Shown here: one piece after another, positions 1-12,352 of the stretch
How the letters are laid out: the number at the start of each line of letters is the position of its first letter
Position numbering within the stretch: position 1 is the first letter of the stretch
From: Podarcis tiliguerta
Lineage: Eukaryota
DNA: 64,000 nt
Assembly (NCBI GenBank): GCA_965153285.1
Contig: OZ229115.1
Reading direction: 5' to 3' (one strand)
Program-made: the position numbers and the translations under genes
Notes under the pieces: model-generated
What the model was told of the DNA's origin: nothing
Seen by the model: only the letters and a program-made list of their open reading frames with translations
Database searches by the model: none

Positions 1-1366
1 CACTGAAACCTGCTACTGAGTTACATCTGAGTAAATGTGTGTAAGATTGCACTGCCAGATGCACATCTTAACTAGCTGAGGCCCATTTCTGTACAGATGG
101 CCCATCTCGAATCCATGCTAGCACAGCAACAAAACCGATGCAGGAAAAAAGGATTTAGTAGCATAGTTTCACTTTTATTCACAGAACAGCCACAGATTTG
201 CAAAGGAAGAAAAACAAACTATATCTAATTTCTTATTTCAGCTGTACAGATGAGGTGTAAGAGAGGTGCTAAGTAAATACATTTAGGGGGGTGATTAATA
301 ACAGATTCTGTTGTTTCCCAGTCCTGTTGCTGCTTGATACTCAGAATACATATGTAACATTCTTACTCTTGTGTTATTCAAGGGCCAACATGCATACCAA
401 GAAAAACTCATCATGTACCTAAAAGGAAGCACTGTTACAATAAAATGGATACCTGGAGAATGAATGTAAAGACACTTTTGCATGCATTTTGCTTAGCACG
501 ATGCCTCAAAGGTCCAGGGAAATCTTTTGTGTGACTTAAGAGACCTAAATGGGAAGATGGCTTAAGCAAATAATAAAATACTGTATGCAGAAATATGGAA
601 GTGTACAGTTCCAAGTTCCTGTGCACAGAACACAGGGCATTAAGAAAAGGATGTTAGGCTAAAGGCTTGTTTATAAAAGTGCCATAGGATTGCCCATTTG
701 GTAATTGGCATTGGCTGCAAAAGGGAAATTCATGATGAGCATTAAGTGCTGAGCTTTACGGGATATGATTGCAAAATGCTAGCAGTAAAAAGAAAGGGAC
801 ATAGCCAATTTTTTGTGACCAGAGTATTGGCTCCAAAAAGTTCATTATTTGGGAAGAGAAATTCTGCTAGAATGTACCCTTCTGTTGGGAGGTATTCACA
901 GATAGATAAATAAATAAATAAATATTATATCTGTCCACTATGCAAGGTTCCACAATCAGGTTCCATTTCGATGGTTTCCCGATTCTTTCTGGGAATAATT
1001 TCAGGCTGGGAAAACAGCTGCTGAGTGGCTTTCTTCCCTACAACAAATTTAAACGATATGTCAATTTCTCTGCAGTAGGGATAAGGGAGGATTTTGGTTC
1101 AGTTCACATTTTAATGCAAACCTTGATTCGCACTTCCCAAAGCAACACATAACTTTGCGGTCCAGTTAGTCAACAAAATTGTTTGTACAAAAATGTGCAT
1201 ATTAGTGAAAACAGCACACAAAAATACACTTTATTCGGGAAACTGCTTTGAAAGAATATATTAGGCAAAAATTCATACAGAAGCATGTATTTTAAGAGAA
1301 ATGCATACGCTTCGGTAAGTTGTTTATGCATCATGGAATCCAGTTGCATAGGTTCTGGGTTGGTCA

Positions 1367-1412
<46 letters not shown>

Positions 1413-1530
1413 TATTTGTACCCCGCCCTCCCAGGCCGGAGCCGGGCTCAGAGTGGCTAACATCATATATATAATACAATATGCATAAAAGCAACCAATC
1501 GATTAAAATGCATCCCAAAATTAATTCAAA
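1367..1530 (-). mobile_element. LINE (L2-like) 3' end with (TAA)n tail
   Basis: (TAA)n array followed by TTTGTACCCCGCCCTCCC..GGGCTCAGAGTGGCTAACA, the same layout as the other L2 3' ends in the window. Confidence 0.6.
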
Positions 1531-2469
1531 AAGCTCCTGTTGCTTCTTTTGGGATTGATGACTCTTCGATTATGTTGCTCATTCTGAAAGACTGAGAAAA
1601 TAACCTCCCTAAGATGAGTTTTCAGAGACAAGGACGACAGGGGGATGAAATGTTACAATGCTTTGTGATGGTGTTTGAGCACATAATTAGGCAATTAGAT
1701 GTATTAGAAGATGACAAACTGCCAGAACTTAGGGAATTACATCTTTGAATGCTAAAACAGAAAACAGGGAAATTGGAGCAGCCAATAATATTTGTAAGGA
1801 TTTTGAACATTTGCTGAATCAAGAAAGATGCAAGTTGCAGAAGGGAACACTAAGCAGGTGGCTGACATAGCTCTGGCTTTTTTAAATAGACAAGTGAGTA
1901 GAAGATTATGATCACAACTCTAGCAGCAGTTGCTTGGGAATGGGTGAATCTAATAATGTGAAGGGCTGTATAATCCTTTGTTTTCACAATCAGATTGATA
2001 GAGCTATCAAGTTGGAGCCAACAGCTAGAAGGCCATGCCAAGGAGCCAGAGGACAAACTAAGAACCAATAAAGGATGCCATTGGTTGGACAAAATTTCAA
2101 GACGCGCGAGACCAGGGATGATCCTGAAATGAGAAGAGGAGGAGGAGATGACTAATCTCAGCCTTATCTGGCCATATTTAAAGATCCTATGAGAATACTG
2201 ATACTGATTACCCATCACTAGCCATAAGCCAAATGGCTACTTAACCATTTTAATATTACATTTCATTTTAGATATTTGTGTCCCAACCTTTAAAAGGAAG
2301 AGGTAGCAGGAAATGAGAATAACCACTGCCAGTCAAAGCAGATGAAACTGGAAAAGTTGTGTAAAGAAGAACAGAGGTCAGCTGGGTCTCTGAAAAATAG
2401 ATCTCTTCCCCTCTGCCATCCTGTTCTCTTTTTTTGCATACCCCTCTCAGAGGCCTGTGCACTCTCTGG

Positions 2470-2900
2470 ATGCGAAGAGTTGGTCTGAATACAGCATTTG
2501 AGGGTGATTTAATATTTCTGGTTTTATTCTGACTACCTCAGTGCTCAGTGTAGCCTAGTGTCTTTTTAGACTTTTAATGGCTGCTGCACGCTGAGCAGAT
2601 CTTTATATCGCTGCTTTCCACAATGACACCTGGCTTTTTCCTGAACAGTTACAGTCAATTTAGAACCCAGTAATGTGCATGAGTAGCCCAAATTGTCCCT
2701 TGCAATGTGCATTACCTTGCACTTATCAGCAGTGAATTTCTTCACTATTATGTTGCCCTTTTGTTCTTTGGGAGGACTAACTGAAGTTCCTAACAATCAT
2801 CACCACTTGACTGTCCTAAATAATTATGTGTTGTCCACACATTTCCCACCTCCCTACTCAGCCCTCCTTCCAGATCATTAATGAATATATTACAGGATGG
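2470..2900 (-). mobile_element. Old CR1 LINE fragment (RT C-terminal region)
   Basis: Minus-strand translation KFTADKCKVMHIARDNLGYSCTLLGSKLTVTVQEK resembles the CR1 motif KFNxDKCKVMHxG; boundaries approximate. Confidence 0.75.
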
Positions 2901-3052
2901 AGATCACCTTGGTCCCAAACTATTAATAGCATTTCCTGGTGGAATTTTACTATTTATTCTCGCATACATCCTTTCTTCCAACTACCACCAGTAGAATATT
3001 ATACAGACAAGAACATGGACAACAAAGGGGGTGGGGAGGAAGTAAGCAAAAA

Positions 3053-3304
3053 TAGTCATACCTTGGGATAAATGTGCTTCAAGTTAAGTATTTTCGAGTT
3101 GCGCTCCACGGCGACCAGGAAGTAATGGAGCGCGTTACTTCCAGGTTTCGCCGTGCACGCATGCGCAGACAGTCAAAATGATGTCACGCACATGCACGGA
3201 AGCGGCGAAACGCAACCCACACACGTGCAGATGCGGGTTGCGTTCACTTCAGGATGTGAATGGGGCTCCGGAACGGATCCCGTTTGCATCCCAAGGTACC
3301 ACTG
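3053..3304. mobile_element. Tc1/mariner (Tigger-like) MITE
   Basis: TAGTCATACCTTGGGAT / ATCCCAAGGTACCACTG followed by TA; CpG-rich interior with GCGCATGCGC-like motifs. Confidence 0.8.
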
Positions 3305-3568
3305 TATAGAGATTCTGTAAATGAAGGAAATTTTAATATTTCTTTAAAAAAACTATTTTTATTTTAACGAAATTTTCCTGCCACTTTTGTATGTATTTGG
3401 AGATCTAAAGCTTTACCAGGGGTGCTGGGAATTAAGAATACATCTTTCCATAATGATTAGTTGATGATTTCTGATTTAAAATTTGTATGGATTTTTTATT
3501 ATATATAGGTATTATTGTAAACTGCTTTGATATTTGTTATGGTATATAAATATTATGATAGATAAGTA

Positions 3569-4094
3569 CCGTATTTTTTGCCCTATAGGACACACTTTTT
3601 CCCCTCCAAAAATGAAGGGGAAATGTGTGTGCGTCCTATGGGGCGAATGCAGGCTTTCACTGAAGCCTGGAGAGCAAGAGGCGTTCGTGCGCACCGACCC
3701 CTCTTGTTCTCCAGGCTTCAGGAAGCTCTGCACACCGGTCTCCCGAGGGTTGCGCAGAGTCTCCCGAGGGTTGCGCAGAGCTGCCTGCAGTCCTGGGCTT
3801 CGCGCAGCTCTGCACAGCCCCAGGGAGCCCGGCACGAAGTCCCGCCGGTCTCCCGGGGGCTGCACAGAGCTGCCCGCAGTCCTGGGCTGCGCGCAGCTCT
3901 GCGCAAGCCTGGGGAGACCAGCCTGTCTTCCCGCTGGGCTCCCTAGGCTTGCGGATAGCAGGCTGTTCTTGGGGCTGGGGTTGGGGGAAGCTTGGGCTTC
4001 CCCCGCGCCTGGGGGGGGGGGGAATAAATTATTTTTCTTTATTTCCCCCAAAAACTAGGTGCGTCCTATAGGGCGGTGCGCCCTATGGGGCGAA
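3569..4094. mobile_element. Tc2/pogo-like non-autonomous transposon with GC-rich interior; right TIR runs into the gap
   Basis: TA followed by CCGTATTTTTTGCCCTATAGGAC left end; subterminal GTGCGTCCTAT.GGG repeats at both ends; internal tandem and inverted GC-rich repeats. Confidence 0.8.
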
Positions 4095-4256
4095 NNNNNN
4101 NNNNNNNNNNNNNNNNNNNNNNNNNNNNNNNNNNNNNNNNNNNNNNNNNNNNNNNNNNNNNNNNNNNNNNNNNNNNNNNNNNNNNNNNNNNNNNNNNNNN
4201 NNNNNNNNNNNNNNNNNNNNNNNNNNNNNNNNNNNNNNNNNNNNNNNNNNNNNNNN
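4095..4256. other. Assembly gap (N run)
   Basis: 162 N bases. Confidence 1.
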
Positions 4257-4269
4257 GGCAGGAACAAGG

Positions 4270-4270
<1 letters not shown>

Positions 4271-4339
<69 letters not shown>

Positions 4340-4342
4340 ATC
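4271..4342. repeat. (TATC)n microsatellite
   Basis: Direct reading of the sequence. Confidence 0.98.
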
Positions 4343-4477
4343 TAACTATCACCAACACCCTGGGAGGAAAATAATACTAACAATATATGTATTAACAGAG
4401 AAGGAATCCAGAAATTCACAGTAAGGTTGTCTCAGGAAGTATTGCTGTATAATTCAATGTGCTTGTCTTCATCTTTA

Positions 4478-4787
4478 AGGATGCGGGTAGCGCTGTGGGA
4501 TAAACCACAGAGCCTAGGACTTGCCGATCAGAAGGTTGGCGGTTCGAATCCCCACGATGGGGTGAGCTCCCGTTGCTCAGTCCCTGCTCCTGCCAACCTA
4601 GCAGTTCGAAAGCACATCAAAGTGCAAGTAGATAAATAGGTACCGCTCCGGTGGGAAGGTAAATGGCGTTTCCGTGCACTGCTCTGGTTCGCCAGAAGCA
4701 GCTTAGTCGGCCAATAAAGCGAGATGAGCGCCGCAACCCCAGAGTCGGCCACGACTGGACCAAATGGTCAGAGGTCCCTTTACCTTT
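4478..4787 (+). mobile_element. Sauria SINE (Squam1 type), with apparent internal deletion
   Basis: tRNA-like head with A box (GGTAGCGCTGTGG) and B box (GGTTCGAATCC); body CCTGCCAACCTAGCAGTTCGAAAGC; BovB-like 3' motif AGAGTCGGCCACGACTGG; (ACCTTT)-type tail. Confidence 0.92.
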
Positions 4788-5024
4788 AACTTGGGATCCA
4801 GGAGTTGTGTCCAATTCTAGTCCTACTCAGATCAAACCCACTGAAGTTAATGGACATAACCAACTAAAGTAGGATAAACATTAGCTAAAACCCCAGGTAT
4901 TGAAAGGACCCTGTGCTCTCCCCCAGGATGACCACTAAGCACCTAAACTAATGGTTTAGGCCCCATTTACAATATGTTTACATGTGGTATGATCCACTTT
5001 GAAGTCAGTTACAACACACTTGCT

Positions 5025-5391
5025 AAAAGAGGAGGAGGTTAAGGGGTGATATGATAGCCATGTTCAAATATATAAAAGGATGTCACATAGAGGAGGGAGA
5101 AAGGTTGTTTTCTGCTGCTCCAGAGAAGCGGACACGGAGCAATGGATCCAAACTACAAGAAAGAAGATTCCACCTAAACATTAGGAAGAACTTCCTGACA
5201 GTAAGAGCGGTTCGACAGTGGAATTTGCTGCCAAGGAGTGTGGTGGAGTTTCCTTCTTTGGAGGTCTTTAAGCAGAGGCTTGACAACCATATGTCAGGAG
5301 TGCTCTGATGGTGGTTCCTGCTTGGCAGGGGGTTGGACTCGATGGCCCTTGTGGTCTCTTCCAACTCTATGATTCTATGATTCTATGATTC
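5025..5391 (+). mobile_element. CR1 LINE 3' fragment
   Basis: ORF2 C-terminus (RLRGDMIAMFKYIKG...RFHLNIRKNFLTVRAVRQWNLLPRSVV...EVFKQRLD), 3' UTR and (ATTCTATG)n octamer tail. Confidence 0.93.
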
Positions 5392-7428
5392 ATTTAGGCT
5401 AATTTGTTTTTTTTAAAAAAAGCCATCCAGGTTCTCCATTATTAGCTCCCCAGTACAATATTATGTTGCTGCTTTTGAGGTTTTTGCCTGTCTTCTGCTG
5501 GAAAAAAAGTTCTCTTGATTTTTATAAGCATTTTTAATACTTATATATTTTTATTGTTATTCATTTGCTAAACTATTATACCACCTTGAACATTTTTCAT
5601 GGCAGGTGCATGAACCTCAGAAGTGGCCCTAAGAGTCTAAGAAACATGACCTCCATTTCCCTTGGATTTTAAGGGGTCTATAATATGTCTTGCGTGCTAT
5701 AATGTTCAAGATAAACCTGCCTTTGCTTGTGCTGCATGACCTTCGCTTTCATGCACAGCCAACGCAACACAGATCATCATAGAATGAAAAGCAAAGAGGG
5801 GGAGGGAAACTGAGGGGAGAGGATGGAGCTGTGGTGTTTGTTTAAACGATTTCATTTCCAACCTTGAGGTAGATGGAAGTGTGGCTGTGCTGTTACATAA
5901 CAAACAAATCACATTTAAAGGCAATTGCTGAAAGAGAGAGGAGCAGTGGTACCCCACACTATTGAGCTGGGAATAGCTGAGATAATACAGCCTTACTCCA
6001 GGGCTGCTCCAGTCTGAAAGGGAGAGCACAGCAGCGAGGCTTGATGTGGATATGAATTTGTTATGACAGACTAATTTTACAAATCCATAGCTGCCTTCTG
6101 GCGGAATTATGAAGATCTATATTTAAAGGAGAAACCAGAAGGGTGGGTGGCGGGGGGGGGGGGGGAGATGCATCATGTTGGTGGTGAGAGATGCTCTTCC
6201 AGGTCGGTTTATGGTTTTTTTTTAAGGTGCTACACAGATAGCTGTACTAGTCCACTTCCTATTTCCTTCAATGAGAAATTGACAAAGGTTTAGGAAGGAC
6301 TTGCATTTCACCACAATTAAATTTAGCTGATTGTTTTGCAACTCCATCACAACATCCCTGCAGCCCCTTCAAACATGGCAACATGCCACTTGCACAATGA
6401 GACTGTCTCGCCATAAGCAGCGTCTTCCTATTACTATAGTAAGTCATAGGACTGGCTGATTATGAGATACCTTCTTCAGCCCCTGCACTAATAGCAGAAG
6501 CACTTGGCTCTTTCACACCAAAGATCATGAACAACAAACTGTTGCACCAATTGTCATAAGAGATCCGCCCCGCCCCCGCCCCCCGTTTTCTGTATCTTTC
6601 GAAATGAATTATCTAGACAAATCACTTGTATTCCCTTCCACATTAATGCAGATTAATATAATTTGTCAGAAACAACCAGCGTTCCATTTCCAGGGACAAG
6701 TCAGAACTACTACCATAATGCAAAAAGAGACCTGTTAACATTCATCAACAACGTAGACTTGCAACAGCGTCATCTTACTGTCGTGAGGACTGTTCTAGTT
6801 ATTTTGTACCTGTGACTGCCTTAAAAAGCTAGAGGGTCCCTCAGTCATCCTTTTTATTGTGTATTCATGATGATTTGCACTCATTATCTTATTGGAACTG
6901 TCACACATGGCTCTGCTTTCAATGTTGTCACACTTTGCTTCATTTGCTCACAACTTCCTGATGATATCCTGTAACTTTTTATACCATAAATGTTCCAGTT
7001 TATTTTTGTCCCACTTTGGTTGCTCTATAGCCCATTCAGAGAGCAATAATGTGGTAGCACTGGGGAAGCATCACAGAACAAACTAAAGCAAATAAATCTA
7101 CGGCTGGTGCACTATTATTGTATCAAGAACATGTTGCAGAATACACCTGCAATAAAACACCAGTCTGGTGGGGGCCACAAAGAAACACTGTAAGTGAAAA
7201 AGACCTAAATTTGTGTAGGTGGGGGGAGTAAAGAAGGGTAGACATATTGAAATGAAAAAATGGATAGATCCATCAGTTCAGACCTCTGGCAAGAGAGTTC
7301 TACCTTCCCCTGGCAGTCCACTGATGGGGACCAAGAGGAGGAAAGAGAAAGGGAAGGGAGTGGCTCCACCCACCATCAATTCCATCCCCACCACTGCTGG
7401 CATGTGGTCCACAACAAATCACCCTGGA

Positions 7429-7870
7429 GTAGGGATGGAAGGACCTGTCAATTTCAGTTCTCTGCTTCTCATTTTTCCATTCCTAAATTCAGTTCTCCAC
7501 ATTTTGCAGCAATTCGTGAATGCTTAAAAAAAATCCTCATGAAAATTCATCAGCATTTTAGTGTGAATAAACACATTTTATATAAACACATTTTATATTC
7601 AGTTTTGACTAATATACACATTTTTGCAACCTATTTTCCCCAATATAATGCATTTTGGTATGTTATTTTCATGAATATCTGCATTTTTATGCATACTCTC
7701 CCCTAATAAATACATTTTTTCAAACACTGTTTAGTTGGAGAAGTTGCAAAATTCAGATAAGCGTGAATTTTGAAGGATAGCAACAATTCAGTTTTGCATA
7801 GTCTTTCAAAAAGCATGAAGTAGATACATCCAGTTTTAAATGTGCAATGGGTCAAATTTCTCTGCCATCA
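7429..7870 (+). mobile_element. AT-rich non-autonomous DNA transposon-like repeat
   Basis: Homologous to 27930-28382 (CCTAA.TTCAGTTCTCCACAT, TCCTC.TGAAAATTCATCA.CATTTTA); related pieces in the opposite orientation at about 1075-1345 and 58596-58670; ends TAGGGATG...CCATCAC. Confidence 0.7.
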
Positions 7871-8280
7871 CTTCTCCTGAGAACTGTGAACCACTATGGG
7901 GGGCGGATGTTCTTCACCCCTAGAGCAGGAGCAGGAGCAAGTTTTATTTGGCTAGACTAAACAATAGCTGACTAGTTAAATTCACATGCTGCCTTATAAG
8001 TGACAGCAGTGGCCATTAACATGGCTAGTTTATTACTTGGCTATTTCATTGGATACCTGTCTTTGAGACAAGACACCCTTGCAATGGTATACACGGGGGA
8101 AACAAAGTGTGGTAGCCTCCTCAATAATTTAGGAAGACCTGTTATGCTGTCATGATCCCATCGGAGCTGAAACTGGAAGGCTGGAATAAAGAATGATACC
8201 TGTTTAAAGAGGAATGGTGTGGCATGTGACAACCCTGTGCAGAAACATAGGGGTTCTTTCTTCTCCCTGATGGTTTGAGG

Positions 8281-8603
8281 CATGGACAGGCAAACTAAGG
8301 ACTGGGAGCCGGAGCCGGCCCAATCGCCTTCTCAATCTGGCCTGTGGACGGTCCAGGAATCAGAGTGTTTTTACATGAGTAGAATGTGTCCTTTTATTTA
8401 AAATGCTTCTCTGGGTTATTTGCAAGGCCTGCCTGGTGTTTTTAAATGAGTGGAATGTGTGCTTTTATTTAAAATGCATCCCTGGGTTATTTGTGGGGCA
8501 TAGGAATTCGTTCATTTCCCCCCCTTCAAAATACAGTCCGGCCTCCCACAAGGTCTGAGGGACAGTGGACCGGCCCCCTGCTGAAAAAGTTTTCTGACCC
8601 CTG
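8281..8603. mobile_element. Non-autonomous hAT (Charlie-type) element
   Basis: Degenerate TIRs CATGGACAGGCAAACT / AGTTTTCTGACCCCTG; perfect 8-bp TSD GTTTGAGG (8273-8280, 8604-8611); internal tandem duplication GTGTTTTTA.ATGAGT.GAATGTGT..TTTTATTTAAAATGC.TC.CTGGGTTATTTG. Confidence 0.88.
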
Positions 8604-8779
8604 GTTTGAGGTATATATAAAAAGTTATGCAGTCCCTGCAGGGGATGGATCATTGAAGGTCACACTGGACAAAAGTCTGACATCCAAAGTTTAGAATTCA
8701 GGCAAACACAAGCAGCTCAATCCTTTGATTCTGTCAATAAATTGCAGCTCAAGAGGGAAGTATCAGTCTACGTCTAGTC

Positions 8780-8894
8780 CAGGCTTCCTCAACCTTGGCC
8801 CTCCAGATGTTTTGAACTACAATTCCAATCATCCCTAGGGATCATGGGAGTTGTAGGCCAAAAACATCTGGAGGGCTGAGGTTGAGGAAGCCTG
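8780..8894. mobile_element. Palindromic hAT MITE
   Basis: TIR CAGGCTTCCTCAACC / GGTTGAGGAAGCCTG; the element is almost entirely one inverted repeat; perfect TSD GTCTAGTC (8772-8779, 8895-8902). Confidence 0.92.
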
Positions 8895-9180
8895 GTCTAG
8901 TCCATGCCACTTTCACATGTTTTCACTCAAAAGCCTATTCTGTTCCAAAATCTGAAATTTTTTAATATGTGTGGAAAAATCCCGTTTAAATACATATTTT
9001 AAAAGTACTTTCACTTAAAATTTTCATTTCTAAACATAATTTATAAACATATCCGGATACACTTTTAAAGCCAAAAACTGCTTTGCAACATTCGTAAATC
9101 TGTTCTGGGGAGTTGCCCCTATCCTCTGGAGCAGATTTGGGGAGAGTGTACAGCGTACACAGGAGGGAAGGTACCAGTAA

Positions 9181-9622
9181 AAACATAATAAGAGCCTGCT
9201 GGATTAGGCCAATGGCCCATCTAGTCAGTGGCAGATCTTGGGGTCTCAAATTTCAGGGGTGCCCTGTGCGACACCAAAGTTCGGTAATCAGTGTGACTGA
9301 ACCGTTTGCACTCCCCTAAATCTGCCTCTGATCTAGTCCAGCATTCAGTTCCCCCAGTGGTCATCCAGATGCCTGTGGGAAATGCAGAAGCAGGATTCAA
9401 GCACAAGAGCACCCTCCCCTCCAGTGGTTTCCAGGAGCTAGTATTTGGAAGCATTGCTGCCTCCACTTGTGGAGGCAGAACACAGCCATCAGATCTAGTA
9501 GCCTTTGATAGCCATCTCCTCCATGTATTTGTCTAAAGCTCTTTTAATACCATCTAAGTTGGTGGCCACAACTGCTTCCTGTGGGAGCGAGTTCTACAGT
9601 TTTACTGTTCTGCATGAAGAAG
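9181..9622 (-). mobile_element. Older CR1-type LINE 3' end, interrupted by a MITE at 9226-9330
   Basis: AACATAA..GAGCCTGCTGGATTAGGCCAATGGCCCATCTAGTCCAGCAT...TTGATAGCC..CTCCTCCATG..TTGTCTAA is the reverse complement of a common lizard CR1 3' end; related pieces at about 26040-26390, 41505-41565 and 61015-61095. Confidence 0.7.
9226..9330. mobile_element. Short hAT-like MITE nested in a CR1 3' end
   Basis: TIR CAGTGGCAGATCTTGGGG / CCCCTAAATCTGCCTCTG; duplicated target ATCTAGT(C) at 9219 and 9331. Confidence 0.8.
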
Positions 9623-12055
9623 GAAGCATAAATCCTAATGGGATAAGATACTGCTAAATGTCTTCAGGTCAAGAGGGCGGCTGCTGCTGCTGCTGTGGTC
9701 CAGCCCCCATGTGCATTCAGTGTATCTACACTGAACACGTGAAAAAGTCTAATGATGTTGAGAAAACCAGTAGACGTCATGTTACCAGCAGACAAAGGCG
9801 TGTTTGTTTTTCACACTCGCCACTTGCAGTGAATAGTGCAAAGAATCCAAAAGAAAGACGAGAGAAAAATCTATAAGAGTAGCACAGCTGAAGGAGAAAA
9901 AAGAGTTCGTGTCTGAGAGACAGCCAGGGAAAATGTATTTTGCAAATTTCCTCTTATTAAGTTCAATTAAATAAGCTCTTAGCTTGTTAGGCGTATCTGA
10001 CAAGAATATGTTCTTAGAAAATGTTGGATCTAATTTTCTGTCCCACACACAAACAAACAAAAGTTATATATCTCAGCATGGAGCTGTGTTCAACCACACA
10101 ACCCTTCCAGCAGTCTGAAGTGGTACAGCCCAGAAATAGAACTCCCAAACTTAAGAGTTCTAAGGTTCAGGATCAACGCAATGCCTCTTTACTGGAGGCA
10201 CAACCAGTCACTTCCATTTCTCTCCATTTATCCTGTTTTGCCATTGTGACTCATGGAACTAATTACCAGGGAATGTGTGTGTATTTACTGTAACTATGTG
10301 AACCAAAAGTCAAAGAGCTAGGAGGGTCTGCCCAGTATCTTGCAGAGGCATCATTTCTGCAAGGAATTATTTGAATGGCTATTCATTATAGCTGCAGGAC
10401 CTACATATCTAAATGCAGTGTGTTTACCAGCACAGCAATAAACTATTTTTTCGTCTAGATAATGATGAAGTGGTTATATTTGGTCTACAGAAGGACAGAC
10501 TCTTCTGTGGAAACCTGTACACAGCAGTGAACTGGAAAAACAGAACATAATATTAATGTGAGCAACCAGTGTATACTCAGTTACAGGAATAACCTGCTCG
10601 AACTGTTCTAGGCTGAATCTGAAATGTGGCTCTCACCTCTGATCTGAGGTACAGTACTCTGAATCTGCCTCTCCCAATAAAGGTGAAACTAAAATCCAAA
10701 AAAAAAGCATCATGAAGTCAGAGGCACTTCAGATTCAACTTTCTCTTTTTAAAAATTGAAGTTTCTGTCCCTCATTTAAGCGTGGATGCCATAAATGGCC
10801 CCTGGCAGAACTTCATTCACAAACAGGGTGAGGATCTTCTGTTCAACCTATCAGCTACAATTCCCCATTCCACAATTTCTGCTTCCCTTTGGATCTGGCT
10901 CTTCATGTGCCATTTGGGAGGGGGAATAGAATGAGGGTTCTCTTGATGTAGAATGGCATTTGTCGTCAGTCCAGAACTTTGATTCATCTCACATTTGGAA
11001 CCTCTTCATACATGATCACTATCACACACTAAGTGTATTTAAAAAAGAGAAAGTACATGTACAGACAAGTTGAAAAGTAGAAAGCCCCTCTTGGAGCAGC
11101 ATGTTAAAAGCCAAGGTGTGCAGAAATGTGGGCACAATTCATTTGTACAAGACTGTTCCATGCACATTAATAGCAGTTGCAAGGCAATGCCAGAAGCAGC
11201 TGTCACAGGAAGCAGAGATAGTAATCATTTCATTTGTCCCTTGTATTTAAATGTGCATTGATATTATCTATGGTATGTGTGCGCGCAAGAGGTTCTACTT
11301 TCAGGTTTTCACTCAGCAGCAACAGATATATTGATAAATATTGTCTACAAGTCTCTTGGAGACACAAGAATCTTGTGGACGCAAGAATCTTGCAGCAAGA
11401 CAGAGCATCTCATGCAGCCTTTCACTCACTCTAACGGGCACATGTGGGTAGAGAGAAGAAACAAGAGCCACACCCAGTGGGATCGAATCACACCAGCCTA
11501 GTATCAGAATTTGACTGTTCCAATACAGGTCCCTTGGGAAACATTTACTGTAGCACAGTTTGAAGACAAGGTTGTCCTTATTTCCCTAATGTAATGGAGG
11601 GGGGAACCCACAGTATTGTTTATATACCAGTAAGCACATTTGAACAACTGAAGGTGACAGCTTCAATTCTTGCACTTCTAGACAGCCATCAAAACAAAAT
11701 GGAAGGAAAAAACAATATTACCTATTTTGTACTGTGCCATTATTGCCCCTTCAATTTGGAATTTCCAATCACAGCTGCATTCTCAAGGGTTTCCTGTAAT
11801 AACAGATTGGAAAAGCATACTACAAAGTATGACCAGCTAAATTGTTTGCTGGATGGAATTTGATTTCAAAAAGTAAGATAAAGCCACTAAAAGAACTGGC
11901 TTCTTCTGTTAGAAACTAGAGTTAAAATGGGCTGATGAGGAATACTGGCCCAGTTTCTGCCCCAAGATGTCACTCTGATAGTTGAAGGAGCTTTACTCAA
12001 AAACAAGGAAGAACATTCCAGAATCTACTCACCCCATTAGAGAACTTTTAACCTA

Positions 12056-12352
12056 GGCCACATCTGCATTGTTCATTTCAAGCACCTTCATACCACTTTC
12101 AACAGTTATCGATTCCCCCAAGGAATTCTGGGAAGTGGCATTTGCTAAGACTGATGAGGGTTCTTAGGAGGCTGCTATTCCCCTCACAGAGCTACAATTC
12201 TCAGGGTGGTTTAACAACAATCCCTCTTCCCAGGGAACTCTGGGAATTGTAGCTCCATGAGGAGAATAGGGATCTCTTAACAGCTCTCAGCACTGTTAAC
12301 AAACTACAGTTCCCAGGATTCTTTGAGGCAAGTCATGGTTGTTTAAAAGGAT
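12056..12352. mobile_element. Palindromic MITE (possibly PIF/Harbinger-like)
   Basis: Long imperfect inverted repeat (e.g. CACAGAGCTACAATTC / GAATTGTAGCTCCATG); partial copies at about 50120-50275 and 54571-54690. Confidence 0.65.

Noticed and set aside
1170-1518. ORFs with poly-Tyr or poly-Leu tracts (also poly-N, Q, C and P ORFs at 38154, 60650, 60666 and 36997)
   Set aside because: Translations of microsatellites and LINE tails.
3512-4058. Overlapping 120-180 aa ORFs on both strands and a CpG-island-like composition
   Set aside because: They lie within the GC-rich repetitive interior of a non-autonomous transposon; the lack of stops follows from composition and there is no recognisable domain.
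4478-4560. tRNA gene (A and B boxes)
   Set aside because: It is the tRNA-derived head of a Sauria SINE and continues into the SINE body without a full cloverleaf. The same applies to the other SINE heads.
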